From contig JAFZSK010000014.1 in the NCBI GenBank assembly GCA_017620915.1, positions 2,712 through 66,711 of the forward strand: a DNA stretch of 64,000 bases, in the 5' to 3' direction. The DNA is from Clostridia bacterium. Lineage in GTDB: Bacteria; Bacillota; Clostridia; UBA1212; UBA1255. This document shows positions 26,715 through 36,394 of the stretch, piece by piece. The position numbers and the translations under genes were made by a program. The notes beneath the pieces were generated by a model. It saw only the letters and a program-made list of their open reading frames with translations, was not told where the DNA came from and did no database searches. The first letter of the stretch is position 1. Each line of letters starts with the position of its first letter.

Positions 26715-29464
26715 ATGAAACGATTGATCGCACTGCTTCTGGCTTCCGCTATGCTGCTGGCAACGGCGGCCGGCTGCGCCGTGAAAAACAATGAAGGACC
26801 CACACAGGCGCCGGTCGTTACGGACGAGCCGGTCGTAGTCGAGCCTACCGATGAGCCCTTTGCCACCGACGCGCCAACTGAAGCGCCCGTTGTCACCGAT
26901 GCACCGACGAGCCGGCGACCACCGACGAGCCGGCAGCCACCGACGAGCCGGCGCTCACCGAAGAACCGGTAATCACCGGTCCGGCGACGGAAGGACCCGA
27001 AGTGACGGTCGAGCCTGCTACGGCAGAACCGGCTACCGGCGAACCCGCGACGAATGTTCCGGCCACGCAGGTGCCCGCGACAAATGTACCGACACCCACG
27101 AAAGTGCCGGCCACCGCTACGCCGAAACCTACCACCGCTGCGCCTACGCCCACGGCGGAACCGGGCCCCGATTCCAACATCCGGGTCACGTTCAAGTCGT
27201 CTAAAGCTGCAACATATTTCACGGGCGGCAACGCGGTCAAAGCCGAATCGGTCACCGACGCGGACTACGGCCGGGTGATCAAGCTCAGCACTACTTCCGC
27301 GACCAACGACCCGTTCATTTCGTTCAACTACAAGAAATACATGACAGACTACGGTCTGACGCAGGCGTCGGCCAGCACGTATAAGGTCGTGGTGATGAAG
27401 ATCAAGCAGGAGAAATGCTCCAGTACCCAGAGTGAGATCTTCTACATGGCGGGCAATATGGTTGGGGCTACACCGGGCTACAGCAAAACCTCCGTGTTCG
27501 ACAACTCCGATCCCGACTGGCAGTATGTGATATATGACCTGACCAACTCCACCGGCTGGAGCGGCAATATCAACGGCTTCCGATTTGACTACATGTACAC
27601 CGCGCAGGCCGCCGGCGAGTCTATCTACATCGGCGAGCTGATCTTCGCCAAGAACCTGGACGAAGTCGTCGAGCTGCTGGGCGGCGGCGGGGCGGATGCG
27701 CATGCGTTGTCCGCGGCGGACCAGCAGCGCGCAGAGCAGCTGATCAACAGCGCCTCCGATCCGGCACCCAGCGTATCCAACAAAAAGCTCAACGCGGCAC
27801 ACGAAGATTCGGACATCTCCCTGTGGTTCAACCATCCGTACGTAAAGACGCCCGAAGCCTCCACCAAGTCCACCGGCCTCAACACCTACCAGATCCGCAT
27901 GGCAAAGAACGAGATCGAGGGCGTGCAGTTCCTGCTGGCTTCCACCAAGGCCAAGACGGGGCTCACCGCCGAATTGACGCCGTTCACCGACGCGTCGGGC
28001 AATACGCTCCGCCACGTGATCTGCTATGGCTACTATTTTGATGACGTGGAAGGGCAGTCGATCGTTGACCCCATCCCCGAACTGGAAGGCAGCTTCGACC
28101 TGAAAGCCAATAAGAGCAAGACGTTCCTGATCAAAGTCTACACCGAAAAGACCACAAAAGCGGGTCAATACTCCGCGACCCTCACCATTAAAGACAGCGC
28201 GGGCAGAGAGATCAAGAAAGCCAAAGTTTACGTCTATGTGTGGAATTTCGCGCTGCCCGATGCCTGCAGCTGCAAGATCCAGGCGGACCTGTCCTGGTGG
28301 AATATTTATTCCGCGAACCCGCCCTGGACCTACTACGGCGATGACGGTGTGGCTTACGAGCGCTACTATGAATATCTGCTGGAGAACAAGGTCAACGCCT
28401 ACAACCTGCCGTATATGGATTCCAGTGCGGATAATGCGAACCCGTTCCCGGATCCCAGGGTCAACAAATACCTGAACGATCCCCGCGTGCAGTGCTTCAA
28501 CCCCGTGGGCTTCGGCACCGACCGCGTGACGCAGGCGCGCGTGCAGAACGCGTACAACTACCTCAAGCAGAACCCCGAGTGGCTGGCCAAAGCGTATTTC
28601 TATCCCGTGGACGAGCCGATAGTTGTTAAACATAATTCACAGATCCACAATCTTGAAGACCTCGTGAATCTGGGCAACATGATCAAAAGCATCTGGGGCA
28701 ACAATTACAAACTGATCGCGCCGATGCACATCAACCAGGCGCTGAACAGCTCCTCTACCGAGGACTTCTTCAGCTACGTGGCGGGCGTTGTCAACGTCTG
28801 GTGCCCCAAGACCTACTTCTTCAACACGATGGCGGATTACAAGAACAACCCGAAACTGATGTTCCAGTACTACACCGCGATGCTGGAGAAGAATCTGGGC
28901 ACGTTCGTTGACCGTATGGCGGCGGAACAGGCCGGCGGCGACGAAGTGTGGTGGTACGTGACGCGGTTTCCGCACCATCCCGAGATCACGTTGTCCATCT
29001 CCGACCCCGAAGTCGAGCACCGCATACTGTTCTGGCAGCAGAAGCTGTACAACGTGGACGGCTTCCTGTACTATCTGGTCAACGACTGGTGGCTGGACTA
29101 TATCTGGACCTCCAAACACGAGACGGACAATTCCTACCCGTACAATGTTTACGGCAACGGAGTGCTGGTGTACAACGGTTTCAAAGATGCCAACGGCGAT
29201 TTCTACATCAGCCGCGAACATTTCGATGAGATGGATGATCATTCGTTTACGGCGTACCCGGTAGGCTGTCTGCGGCTCGAATCCGTCCGCGACGGTGCCG
29301 AAGATTACGATTACTTCACGATCCTGGACCAGCTGTACGGCGAGGGCACGTCGGACCTGATCATCAAGCAGATCACCACGTCGCTGGGCAATTACAGCGA
29401 TGACGACGAACTGTTCAACTCGCTCCGCATCGCGGTGGGCAACCTGATCGCGGCGAGAAGCTGA
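26715..29464 (+). pseudogene. Lipoprotein with Pro/Thr/Glu-rich linker and DUF4091/GH123-like glycoside-hydrolase domain, interrupted by an apparent 1-nt frameshift near 26900-26912 (or a sequencing error)
   Basis: Frame 0 (26715..26972) has a signal peptide with lipobox LLATAAGC and the linker ...TEAPVVTDAPT, then decays into SRRPPTSRQPPTSRRS and a stop. Frame 2 is open from 26882 and continues the same (T)DEPATTDEPAATDEPALTEEP repeat into an 820-aa domain protein (27002..29464 in the track). The downstream part has IxFWQQKLYNVDGFLYY and WW...W motifs typical of DUF4091. Confidence 0.55.
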
Positions 29465-29478
29465 AAAGCTGATATGGA

Positions 29479-29507
29479 TTGACAGCGGTCCGCGTTAGCG
29501 TTATAAT
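29479..29507 (+). promoter_or_regulatory. Perfect consensus sigma-A promoter TTGACA-N17-TATAAT
   Basis: TTGACA at 29479-29484, spacer GCGGTCCGCGTTAGCGT (17 nt), TATAAT at 29502-29507. Confidence 0.6.
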
Positions 29508-29522
29508 ATTGACCGCAAAGGC

Positions 29523-29560
29523 AAAGGCGTCTTGGTTCATCCAAGGCGCCTTTTTGTTGT
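29523..29560 (+). terminator. Intrinsic-terminator-like hairpin (AAAGGCGTCTTGG-TTCAT-CCAAGGCGCCTTT, then TTTTGTTG) between the promoter and the RBS of the next gene
   Basis: 13-bp stem with one G·U pair, 5-nt loop and a U-tract. It serves either as the terminator of the upstream lipoprotein gene or as a leader attenuator of the 29572 gene. Confidence 0.55.
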
Positions 29561-29571
29561 GGAGGTCCGTT

Positions 29572-32154
29572 ATGGCAGCATTTGAAAAGACCTGTTCCGG
29601 CATTCCGGACATGGACGAGGCGCTTCAGTACATCCGGCTGGGGGACAACGTCGTATGGCACGTGCCCTCACTGGATGAGTTCCGGTACGTTGCCCGGAAG
29701 TTCGCGCAGCAGGCGATCAACGACCGCCGCAATCTCATATACGTCCGCTTTGCGGAGCACGCGCCGATCCTCGAGCCGCAGGAGGGATTGAAGATCGAGC
29801 ATGTGGAATTGTCCCACCGCTTCGAGACCTTCACAGTCAACATCCACAACCTGATCGAGCGGGAAGGGAAGGACGCGTTCTATGTGTTCGACTGCCTGTC
29901 GGAGCTCGAACAGGCGTGGTCCACCGACCTGATGATGGGCAACTTCTTCCACCTGACTTGCCCGTTCCTGTTCATTCTCGACACCGTCGCGTTTTTCCCG
30001 GTCATCCGCGGCCGCCATTCTTTTGACGCCATCGCTACGATACGCGACACTACGCAGCTGTTTCTGGACGTGTACACCGACGTCGGGGACATATACGTGC
30101 GCCCGGTCAAAGTCTGGAACCGCTATTCGCAGACAATGTTCCAGCCGTACCATCTGAGCACCGTGGACAACAGCTTCACCGTCCTCTCCGACGGCACGGA
30201 AGTCAGCCGGTTCTACAGTGTGATGAACAAGGCGGCGAGCCAGGCGGCGGATCAGAACGTGGACAGCTGGGAGCGCTTCTTTACCCGCACGAAGCTGCTG
30301 CACGAAAACGGCATTGACGTCTCGAATGAGTGCTCCAAGATCTGCAATATTATGTTGACCCGCGACGTAAAAATGCGGGAGCTGATCAAGCAGAACTTCA
30401 CGCCGGAGGATTATTTCGAGATCCATTCCCGCATGGTGGGCACCGGCATGATCGGCGGCAAAGCGTGCGGCATGCTGCTGGCGCGCAAGATCGTGGAGAA
30501 TCACCGCCCGGACATTTTCGCGCGCTTCGAGCCGCACGATTCGTACTACATCGGCTCGGACGTATTCTACGCGTATATCGTGGACAACGGCTTCTGGGAC
30601 CTCCGCATAAAACAGCGTACGTCGGAAGGCTATTTCACGCTGGCGAAGGAGTTTGAGCAGCGTATAATGGAGGGCAGATTCTCGCCGCGCATCGAGGCGG
30701 AATTCCGCCGGATACTCGACTATTACGGGGGCGATCCGGTGATCGTCCGCTCCAGCTCGATACTGGAGGATGGTTTCGGCAACGCGTTCGCGGGCAAATA
30801 CGAATCGGTCTTCTGCGGCAGCCAGGGTTCGCCTGAAGATCGCCTGCAGAAGTTCGAAGAGGCGGTGAAGACGGTCTATGCCAGCACGATGAGCCTGTCC
30901 GCCCTGGATTACCGGCGGCGGCGCGGGCTGGACAAGCGCGACGAACAGATGGCAATACTGGTGCAGCGCGTTTCCGGCTCCCGGTACGACGGCTTTTTCA
31001 TGCCCTGCGCCGCGGGTGTTGGATACTCCGCGAGTCCGTACCGCATCGGGTCCGAGCGGCCGAAATCCGGCATGCTGCGGCTGGTGATGGGGCTGGGGAC
31101 TGCGGCCGTTGACCGCCGGACCGGTTCGTATCCGCGCATTGTCCCCCTCGACGATCCGACGAAGCTGCTGCATTCCGCCGCGTCGGACCGGCAGCAATTT
31201 TCGCAGCGCATCGTGGACGCCGTGAGCGCCGCGGCCAACGACGTGGAAGGCTTCGACGCGCTGAAGCTCAGTAAAATCGTGCCGGACTACCTGAAACGAC
31301 TGATGTACACGCACAACTACGACACGGAACAGATCCTGCAGGAACGCGGCGCCTGGCGCGAGGTGCTGTTCGTGACCTGCGACGGATTGACCCGCAACGC
31401 GCAGCTGATGGCGGACATGCGGGACATGCTCGAACTGATCCAGACCCGCTACGAATACCCGGTGGATACGGAATACACGATCAACTTCGCGCCCGACGGC
31501 AGCTACGTGATCGATCTTTTGCAGTGCCGGCCGCTGCAGCTCACGGCGGAGGGGGACAAGGTCAATGTTCCTGATAATATCCCCGCAGGCAATATAATTC
31601 TGGAGACCAGGGGAGTGTCCATGGGCTTTTCGCGGGAACTGGCGCCGGACGCGGTGGTGTACATCGATCCGATCAAGTATTATCAGCTGCCGTACCGCCG
31701 TAAATACGAGGTCAAAACGGCACTTTCGGAGGTCAACTGGTCCTACCGCTCCCAGGGCAAACACCTGCTGCTCCTGACGCCGGGCCGGATCTGCACGTCG
31801 TCGCCGGAACTGGGCGTGCCGTCGGCGTTTGCGGATATCAGCGAGTTTTCGATGATCGCGGAGATCTCCGAGTCGCGCGCGGGCTACATTCCCGAACTGA
31901 GCTACGGCAGCCATATCTTCCAGGATCTGGTGGAGGCGGGGATATTGTACACTGCGGTCTTCGAGCAGGCGAGCACTGTGGCGTATTCGCCGGAACTGCT
32001 GGAGCGATTCCCGGACGCGGCGGCCGCGCTGTCAACGCTCCCCGACGACATCAAAGAAGTCTTCCACGTCTACGTGCCGCCGGCGGGGGCAATACGCCTT
32101 TACTATGACATGGGAGAGGAACACCTGCTCATGATGATTAGTTATAAGTTATAA
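29572..32154 (+). CDS. PEP-utilizing-enzyme family protein with C-terminal pyruvate-phosphate-dikinase/PEP-synthase-type nucleotide-binding (PPDK_N) domain and an about 290-aa N-terminal domain of unknown function
   Basis: ...HSRMVGTGMIGGKACGMLLARKI...YIGSDVFYAYIV... and DPVIVRSSSILEDGFGNAFAGKYESVFC match the PPDK_N ATP-grasp. There is no obvious swivel His domain. GGAGG RBS. Confidence 0.7.
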   Translation: MAAFEKTCSGIPDMDEALQYIRLGDNVVWHVPSLDEFRYVARKFAQQAINDRRNLIYVRFAEHAPILEPQEGLKIEHVELSHRFETFTVNIHNLIEREGKDAFYVFDCLSELEQAWSTDLMMGNFFHLTCPFLFILDTVAFFPVIRGRHSFDAIATIRDTTQLFLDVYTDVGDIYVRPVKVWNRYSQTMFQPYHLSTVDNSFTVLSDGTEVSRFYSVMNKAASQAADQNVDSWERFFTRTKLLHENGIDVSNECSKICNIMLTRDVKMRELIKQNFTPEDYFEIHSRMVGTGMIGGKACGMLLARKIVENHRPDIFARFEPHDSYYIGSDVFYAYIVDNGFWDLRIKQRTSEGYFTLAKEFEQRIMEGRFSPRIEAEFRRILDYYGGDPVIVRSSSILEDGFGNAFAGKYESVFCGSQGSPEDRLQKFEEAVKTVYASTMSLSALDYRRRRGLDKRDEQMAILVQRVSGSRYDGFFMPCAAGVGYSASPYRIGSERPKSGMLRLVMGLGTAAVDRRTGSYPRIVPLDDPTKLLHSAASDRQQFSQRIVDAVSAAANDVEGFDALKLSKIVPDYLKRLMYTHNYDTEQILQERGAWREVLFVTCDGLTRNAQLMADMRDMLELIQTRYEYPVDTEYTINFAPDGSYVIDLLQCRPLQLTAEGDKVNVPDNIPAGNIILETRGVSMGFSRELAPDAVVYIDPIKYYQLPYRRKYEVKTALSEVNWSYRSQGKHLLLLTPGRICTSSPELGVPSAFADISEFSMIAEISESRAGYIPELSYGSHIFQDLVEAGILYTAVFEQASTVAYSPELLERFPDAAAALSTLPDDIKEVFHVYVPPAGAIRLYYDMGEEHLLMMISYKL

Positions 32155-32379
32155 GTTTTAAGTTTTAAGTTGAGGAGTTTTAAGTTGAGGAGTTTTAAGT
32201 TATACGTTCGCTCCTCAACTTATCACTTATCACTTGAAACTTGCAACTTGAAACTTACAACGGAAGTAGTATAATACCGGCATCGGGGAGCGCAAAGAAA
32301 CGGCGCTCAATAATATTGTCCACTATTTGGAGGCAGACCATGAAAGTATGGAAATGCTGTCTGGCGGCGAAAACGCGGC

Positions 32380-32690
32380 TAATTGAGTTTTGGCCTCCGC
32401 TCTTTCTCATTGCGGAGGCTACAATCTCAAAATAGAGGAGTTTCGGCCTCCGCTTCAGCTCATTTGGGAGGCCGAAATCATTAAAAAAAGGAATTGCGGC
32501 CTCCGCTTCAGCTCGTTTGGGAGGCCGAAATCATGAAAAGAAGGAATTGCGGCCTCCGCTTCAGCTCGTTTGGGAGGCCGAAATCATGAAAAGAAGGAAT
32601 TGCGGCCTCCGCTTTAGCTCATTTGGGAGGCCGAAATCATGAAAAGAAGGAATTGCGGCCTCCGCTAGTGGTGGCCGCTTGTTTTTCAGG
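32380..32690. repeat. Tandem palindromic repeat family B-prime: about 5 copies of about 61 bp (GGAGGCCGAAATCATGAAAAGAAGGAATTGCGGCCTCCGCTTCAGCTCGTTTG)
   Basis: Same arm motif (GGAGGCCG / CGGCCTCC) as family B at 11521. Lies upstream of the beta-helix lipoprotein gene. Confidence 0.9.
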
Positions 32691-32743
32691 AGCCTCATGC
32701 GCTATTATATAAAACGAAATGAGGCGAAAGGAAGGCTGTTGAC

Positions 32744-34981
32744 ATGAATGCCGGGGCGCTGAAGCGTGCTATCCGAATATTGACCTTGCTCCTGGCGGGG
32801 TGCGTATTGACCGCGGCGGTGTGCGGCTGCACGAAACGGCGGGATAACAACGGCACTGCGACCGATGGAGGTCCGACAGACACGGTGGGTCCCGGTACTG
32901 TGCTGGTCCGGCTGGCGGAGGATGCGGGTGAGCCGGAGGGCGGGGTGTTGACCTTTGAAGGCTACCGCATTTACGCATGTAACGGCGGGCTCGTGATCGA
33001 AGGCGGCAGCGAGGAAGGCACCCGCGCCGCAGTCGAATACTATACAGAAAATCTGGAGCCGGCAGGAGTGGAAGCGTTGCCGCCGGACTATTATTACGCG
33101 TTCCATCCGTTTATGATGGCGCGCGGGCTGACGGTGTGCGGGCGTCCGATCTCGGATTATAAGATCCGTGTGGAGGCGGGGGACGAGTTGGCCGCCGTTG
33201 CCGCCGAATACATCCGAAAGTACGTATTCACGCACACCGGTGAAACGATGGAGTACGCCTCGGTCAACGAAGATCCGGCATCACCGGAACTCGTTTTTCA
33301 CTACTTTTCCGGCGTCGGCGGCAGCACCAAGGGATATGTAAACGTTGACGCGCAGCAGATCCTGATCTTATCAAACGAGACCCTCGGATTCTTCCGGCTG
33401 TTCCGGGACTTTTTAAACGAGGGAACAGACTTGCCGCCGGATCCGGACGCGGGACCGGCCCGGATAACTGAACCGGCCGCTTTCGTTAAAGACTATGGCG
33501 AGTTTTTGACCTACGAGGAATTCGGCGCGGCGGGCGACGGCGTCACAGACGACTCACAGGCGATATACAAGGCACATAAAGCCGCGAACGAAACAGGAAA
33601 ATTGATCCTGGCGCGTGAAGACGCCACATACTATATCGAAACCGGAATAAATGCGATGATCACCACCGGCATCGACTGGTCCGTTGCTCATTTTGTGATC
33701 GACGACAGCAATCTTGATCCCGGGCAGCTTTCGCTGTATTTGTTCCACGTACCGTACTCAGTGAAAGCCGGCAGCCTCGGCGGGGCTATTGGCACGCTTG
33801 CGGCGGGGCAGGAGCATATTGACGTCGGAGGGGAATTGCCGGGGAAGGCGCTGGTCACCGTTTTCAACGACCGCGTCCTCCAGTACATCCGCAAAGGCGT
33901 AAATCAGAACGATGGCACTCCCATGCGCGAAGTGATTCTGGTGGACGGGGAGGGGAATGTCGACCCGTCGACGCCGGTGATCTGGGACTATGCCAGTGTC
34001 ACATCGGCGACGTACAAACTGGTCGACGAACCGCCCCTTACGATACGCGGCGGGATATTCACCACCATTGCCAACCGCGCCAAAAGTGAATATAACTACT
34101 ACAGCCGTGGCATCGATATCCAGCGTTCGCAGCTGTTGATCGAGGACGTCTGCCACTATATCACCGGCGAAGGCAGCACCGGCGCACCGTACGCAGGCTT
34201 TTTCATGATCTCGCAGTGCTGCGGCGTCACCATGAAAAACTGCGTCATCACGCCGCACAAGACGTACTGGACCACCGGCTCCGGCGGCCTGCCTTCCGCC
34301 ATGGGTTCATACGAATGTCAGGCCAATTCGACCGTGGGGCTTTCGTGGATCAACGTCATCCAGTCCCGCAGCATCAACGACACCGCGTACTGGGGCACAT
34401 TTGCGTCAAGCTTTTCGCGCAATATCCTGTTTGACGGCTGCCGGCTGAGCCGTTTCGACGCGCACATGGGCGTATGCAACGTCACTCTCCGCAATTGCCA
34501 TTTGGGCCACCAGGGCATCAATCTCATCGGCCACGGCACGGCGCGCCTCGAAAACTGCGCGGTGTACGGCAGCAATCTGGTCAACCTGCGCTCCGACTAC
34601 GGCTCCTCCTGGAACGGCGACCTGATCATCCGCAACTGTTATTTCTATCCGAAAAACGGCAAATACGCCAATGCCGTGCTCATCGGCGGCGCGAACTCGT
34701 TTGACCACGATTTCGGGTACACGTGCTATCTGCCGCGGACGATCGACATCGACGGGCTGTATATTGACGACCGCAATCCGGGGGACAGCGAGCGCCCGCC
34801 GATGCTGTTCGCGGACTTCAACAGCAGATATGACTCGGCGGACTACACCGGGGCGTATCCGCTGGTGCTGCCGGAGAAAATAATAGTCAGCGGCCTGCGC
34901 ACGTACTCGGGCAAACCGCTGGCAATGTCAGTCAATGAGTTTATGTTCGCCGGCCTTGAGATCGAACAGCGGGGAGGGTGA
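32744..34981 (+). CDS. Secreted lipoprotein with right-handed parallel beta-helix (pectin-lyase-fold) domain
   Basis: Signal peptide with lipobox LLAGCVL. Repeated NxxxRNC / NCxxxG coils, e.g. NVTLRNCHLGHQGINLIGHGTARLENCAVYGSNLVNLRSD...LIIRNCYFY. GAAAGGAAGG RBS. Confidence 0.7.
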   Translation: MNAGALKRAIRILTLLLAGCVLTAAVCGCTKRRDNNGTATDGGPTDTVGPGTVLVRLAEDAGEPEGGVLTFEGYRIYACNGGLVIEGGSEEGTRAAVEYYTENLEPAGVEALPPDYYYAFHPFMMARGLTVCGRPISDYKIRVEAGDELAAVAAEYIRKYVFTHTGETMEYASVNEDPASPELVFHYFSGVGGSTKGYVNVDAQQILILSNETLGFFRLFRDFLNEGTDLPPDPDAGPARITEPAAFVKDYGEFLTYEEFGAAGDGVTDDSQAIYKAHKAANETGKLILAREDATYYIETGINAMITTGIDWSVAHFVIDDSNLDPGQLSLYLFHVPYSVKAGSLGGAIGTLAAGQEHIDVGGELPGKALVTVFNDRVLQYIRKGVNQNDGTPMREVILVDGEGNVDPSTPVIWDYASVTSATYKLVDEPPLTIRGGIFTTIANRAKSEYNYYSRGIDIQRSQLLIEDVCHYITGEGSTGAPYAGFFMISQCCGVTMKNCVITPHKTYWTTGSGGLPSAMGSYECQANSTVGLSWINVIQSRSINDTAYWGTFASSFSRNILFDGCRLSRFDAHMGVCNVTLRNCHLGHQGINLIGHGTARLENCAVYGSNLVNLRSDYGSSWNGDLIIRNCYFYPKNGKYANAVLIGGANSFDHDFGYTCYLPRTIDIDGLYIDDRNPGDSERPPMLFADFNSRYDSADYTGAYPLVLPEKIIVSGLRTYSGKPLAMSVNEFMFAGLEIEQRGG

Positions 34982-35009
34982 GCGCTGCCGCTTTTGCCGC
35001 CGCGCCGCC

Positions 35010-36293
35010 TCAGAACAAGTCGCTGATCGGATTAGGTTCGCGCAGCCACTGCTTGCGCACGTTCTCGAACGTTTCATCCGGAATATACACATCGCCGTGG
35101 GAGGTCTTGGGCAGTAACTGATCGCCGGCGACCTCCTTCGTGCAGCACGCGTTGTCGAACCGGAATTTGTCGCGGTCCGGCAGGTTGCGGAAGTCGGGGA
35201 TGTCCATCGGAGCGTTGCCCGCCAGCACCGAGCGCCAGGCCATTATGCCGCAGAGGCCCATGTTGGCCGCAGTGTAAACGTCAATGCACCAGTCCCCGTC
35301 CGGCCGCCCGAGGATCTTCTCGATGAAGCAGTGGGTGGTGTAGAAATCGCTGCCGCCGTGGCCCTGGGATCTGACGGCAATACTGCTGCCGATATCGTTG
35401 GACGGATCGTAATTGTCCCACGTGCCCTGGCAGACTTTATTGCCCTCGCGGTATATATTGAACTCCGCGCTGCCGTAGCGGCGTGACTGCATCATGCCTT
35501 TGGTGCCGTAGACCTGGTAGTTGACGCTGCCGGGCTCCATTTTGAGGCCGCCGTGGATGCTCTTGACGATGGCGCCGTTCTCCAGCGTGATCATTTCGAT
35601 GCCGGCGCGTTCGGGTATGCCTACGCGCAGCTGCTTTTCTTCAATGTTGAGGTTGGTCTCGAAGCCCACGACTTTGACCGCGCGCAGCCCGGAGATCGTG
35701 ATCAGCGGCCCGCACGAGTGGGTGCAGTAGAAGTTCGCGAACAGCCGGTTGCGCCAGTGATCCCGCTCGCCGTACGTTATGTCGGGCCAGATGGAGGTGC
35801 AGTCGTGGATGTACTCGCCCTCGGCGTACTGGATCTCGCCGATGTCGCCCGCGCGGTACCGCTTCCACATCTCGAACGGCGCCTTCATGTAGCAGTAATT
35901 CTCGGCGTATGAGTAGATCAGGCCGGTGCGCTCCACGGTCTCGATGAGCTTCACCAGCTGCGCGGGCGTCTCCGCGGGCAGCACCTCAGACATCACGTGC
36001 TTTCCCGCCTCCAGGCACTTCACTGCGTAGATCGCGTGCTCATGCGCGTAGTTGGCGAGGACAACGGCGTCCATATCGTGCTTTATGAATTCGTCAAACG
36101 AGGTGTAGACGTCAATTTGCGTGCCGGCTTCCTGCGCGGCGCGCTGACAATTTTCCAGCAGCGGTTCGTATTTGTCGCAGACGGCAACCAGCTCCGCGTC
36201 CGGGTGATTCAGCAGCTGATGGACCATCACCGACCCGCGTGCGCCGCCGAAAACACCGATCTTGACTTTCTTTGTGTTGTCACTGTTAGCCAT
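35010..36293 (-). CDS. Gfo/Idh/MocA-family oxidoreductase, long form (GH109-like NAD-dependent glycosidase architecture)
   Basis: VKIGVFGGARGS...LVAVCD Rossmann N-terminus, a dimerisation domain, and a C-terminal extension to 427 aa as in GH109 members. AAGGAGTGGG RBS. Confidence 0.7.
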   Translation of the reverse strand: MANSDNTKKVKIGVFGGARGSVMVHQLLNHPDAELVAVCDKYEPLLENCQRAAQEAGTQIDVYTSFDEFIKHDMDAVVLANYAHEHAIYAVKCLEAGKHVMSEVLPAETPAQLVKLIETVERTGLIYSYAENYCYMKAPFEMWKRYRAGDIGEIQYAEGEYIHDCTSIWPDITYGERDHWRNRLFANFYCTHSCGPLITISGLRAVKVVGFETNLNIEEKQLRVGIPERAGIEMITLENGAIVKSIHGGLKMEPGSVNYQVYGTKGMMQSRRYGSAEFNIYREGNKVCQGTWDNYDPSNDIGSSIAVRSQGHGGSDFYTTHCFIEKILGRPDGDWCIDVYTAANMGLCGIMAWRSVLAGNAPMDIPDFRNLPDRDKFRFDNACCTKEVAGDQLLPKTSHGDVYIPDETFENVRKQWLREPNPISDLF

Positions 36294-36394
36294 ATTATCT
36301 TCCCACTCCTTAGATGTAGGTTTTGTTTCCCCATGATTATATCGCAGACGTACTGCTTAAATCAATCGCTATGCAACTGGCACTGCCGACATCT

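Noticed and set aside
26621-28633. 670-aa minus-strand ORF
   Set aside because: Antisense to the lipoprotein/DUF4091 gene. The translation is R/G/V-rich without motifs. It is a high-GC frame artefact.
29668-31914. 748-aa minus-strand ORF
   Set aside because: Antisense to the PEP-utilizing-domain gene, which has clear PPDK_N motifs and an RBS. The antisense translation is Arg/Ala/Leu-rich junk.
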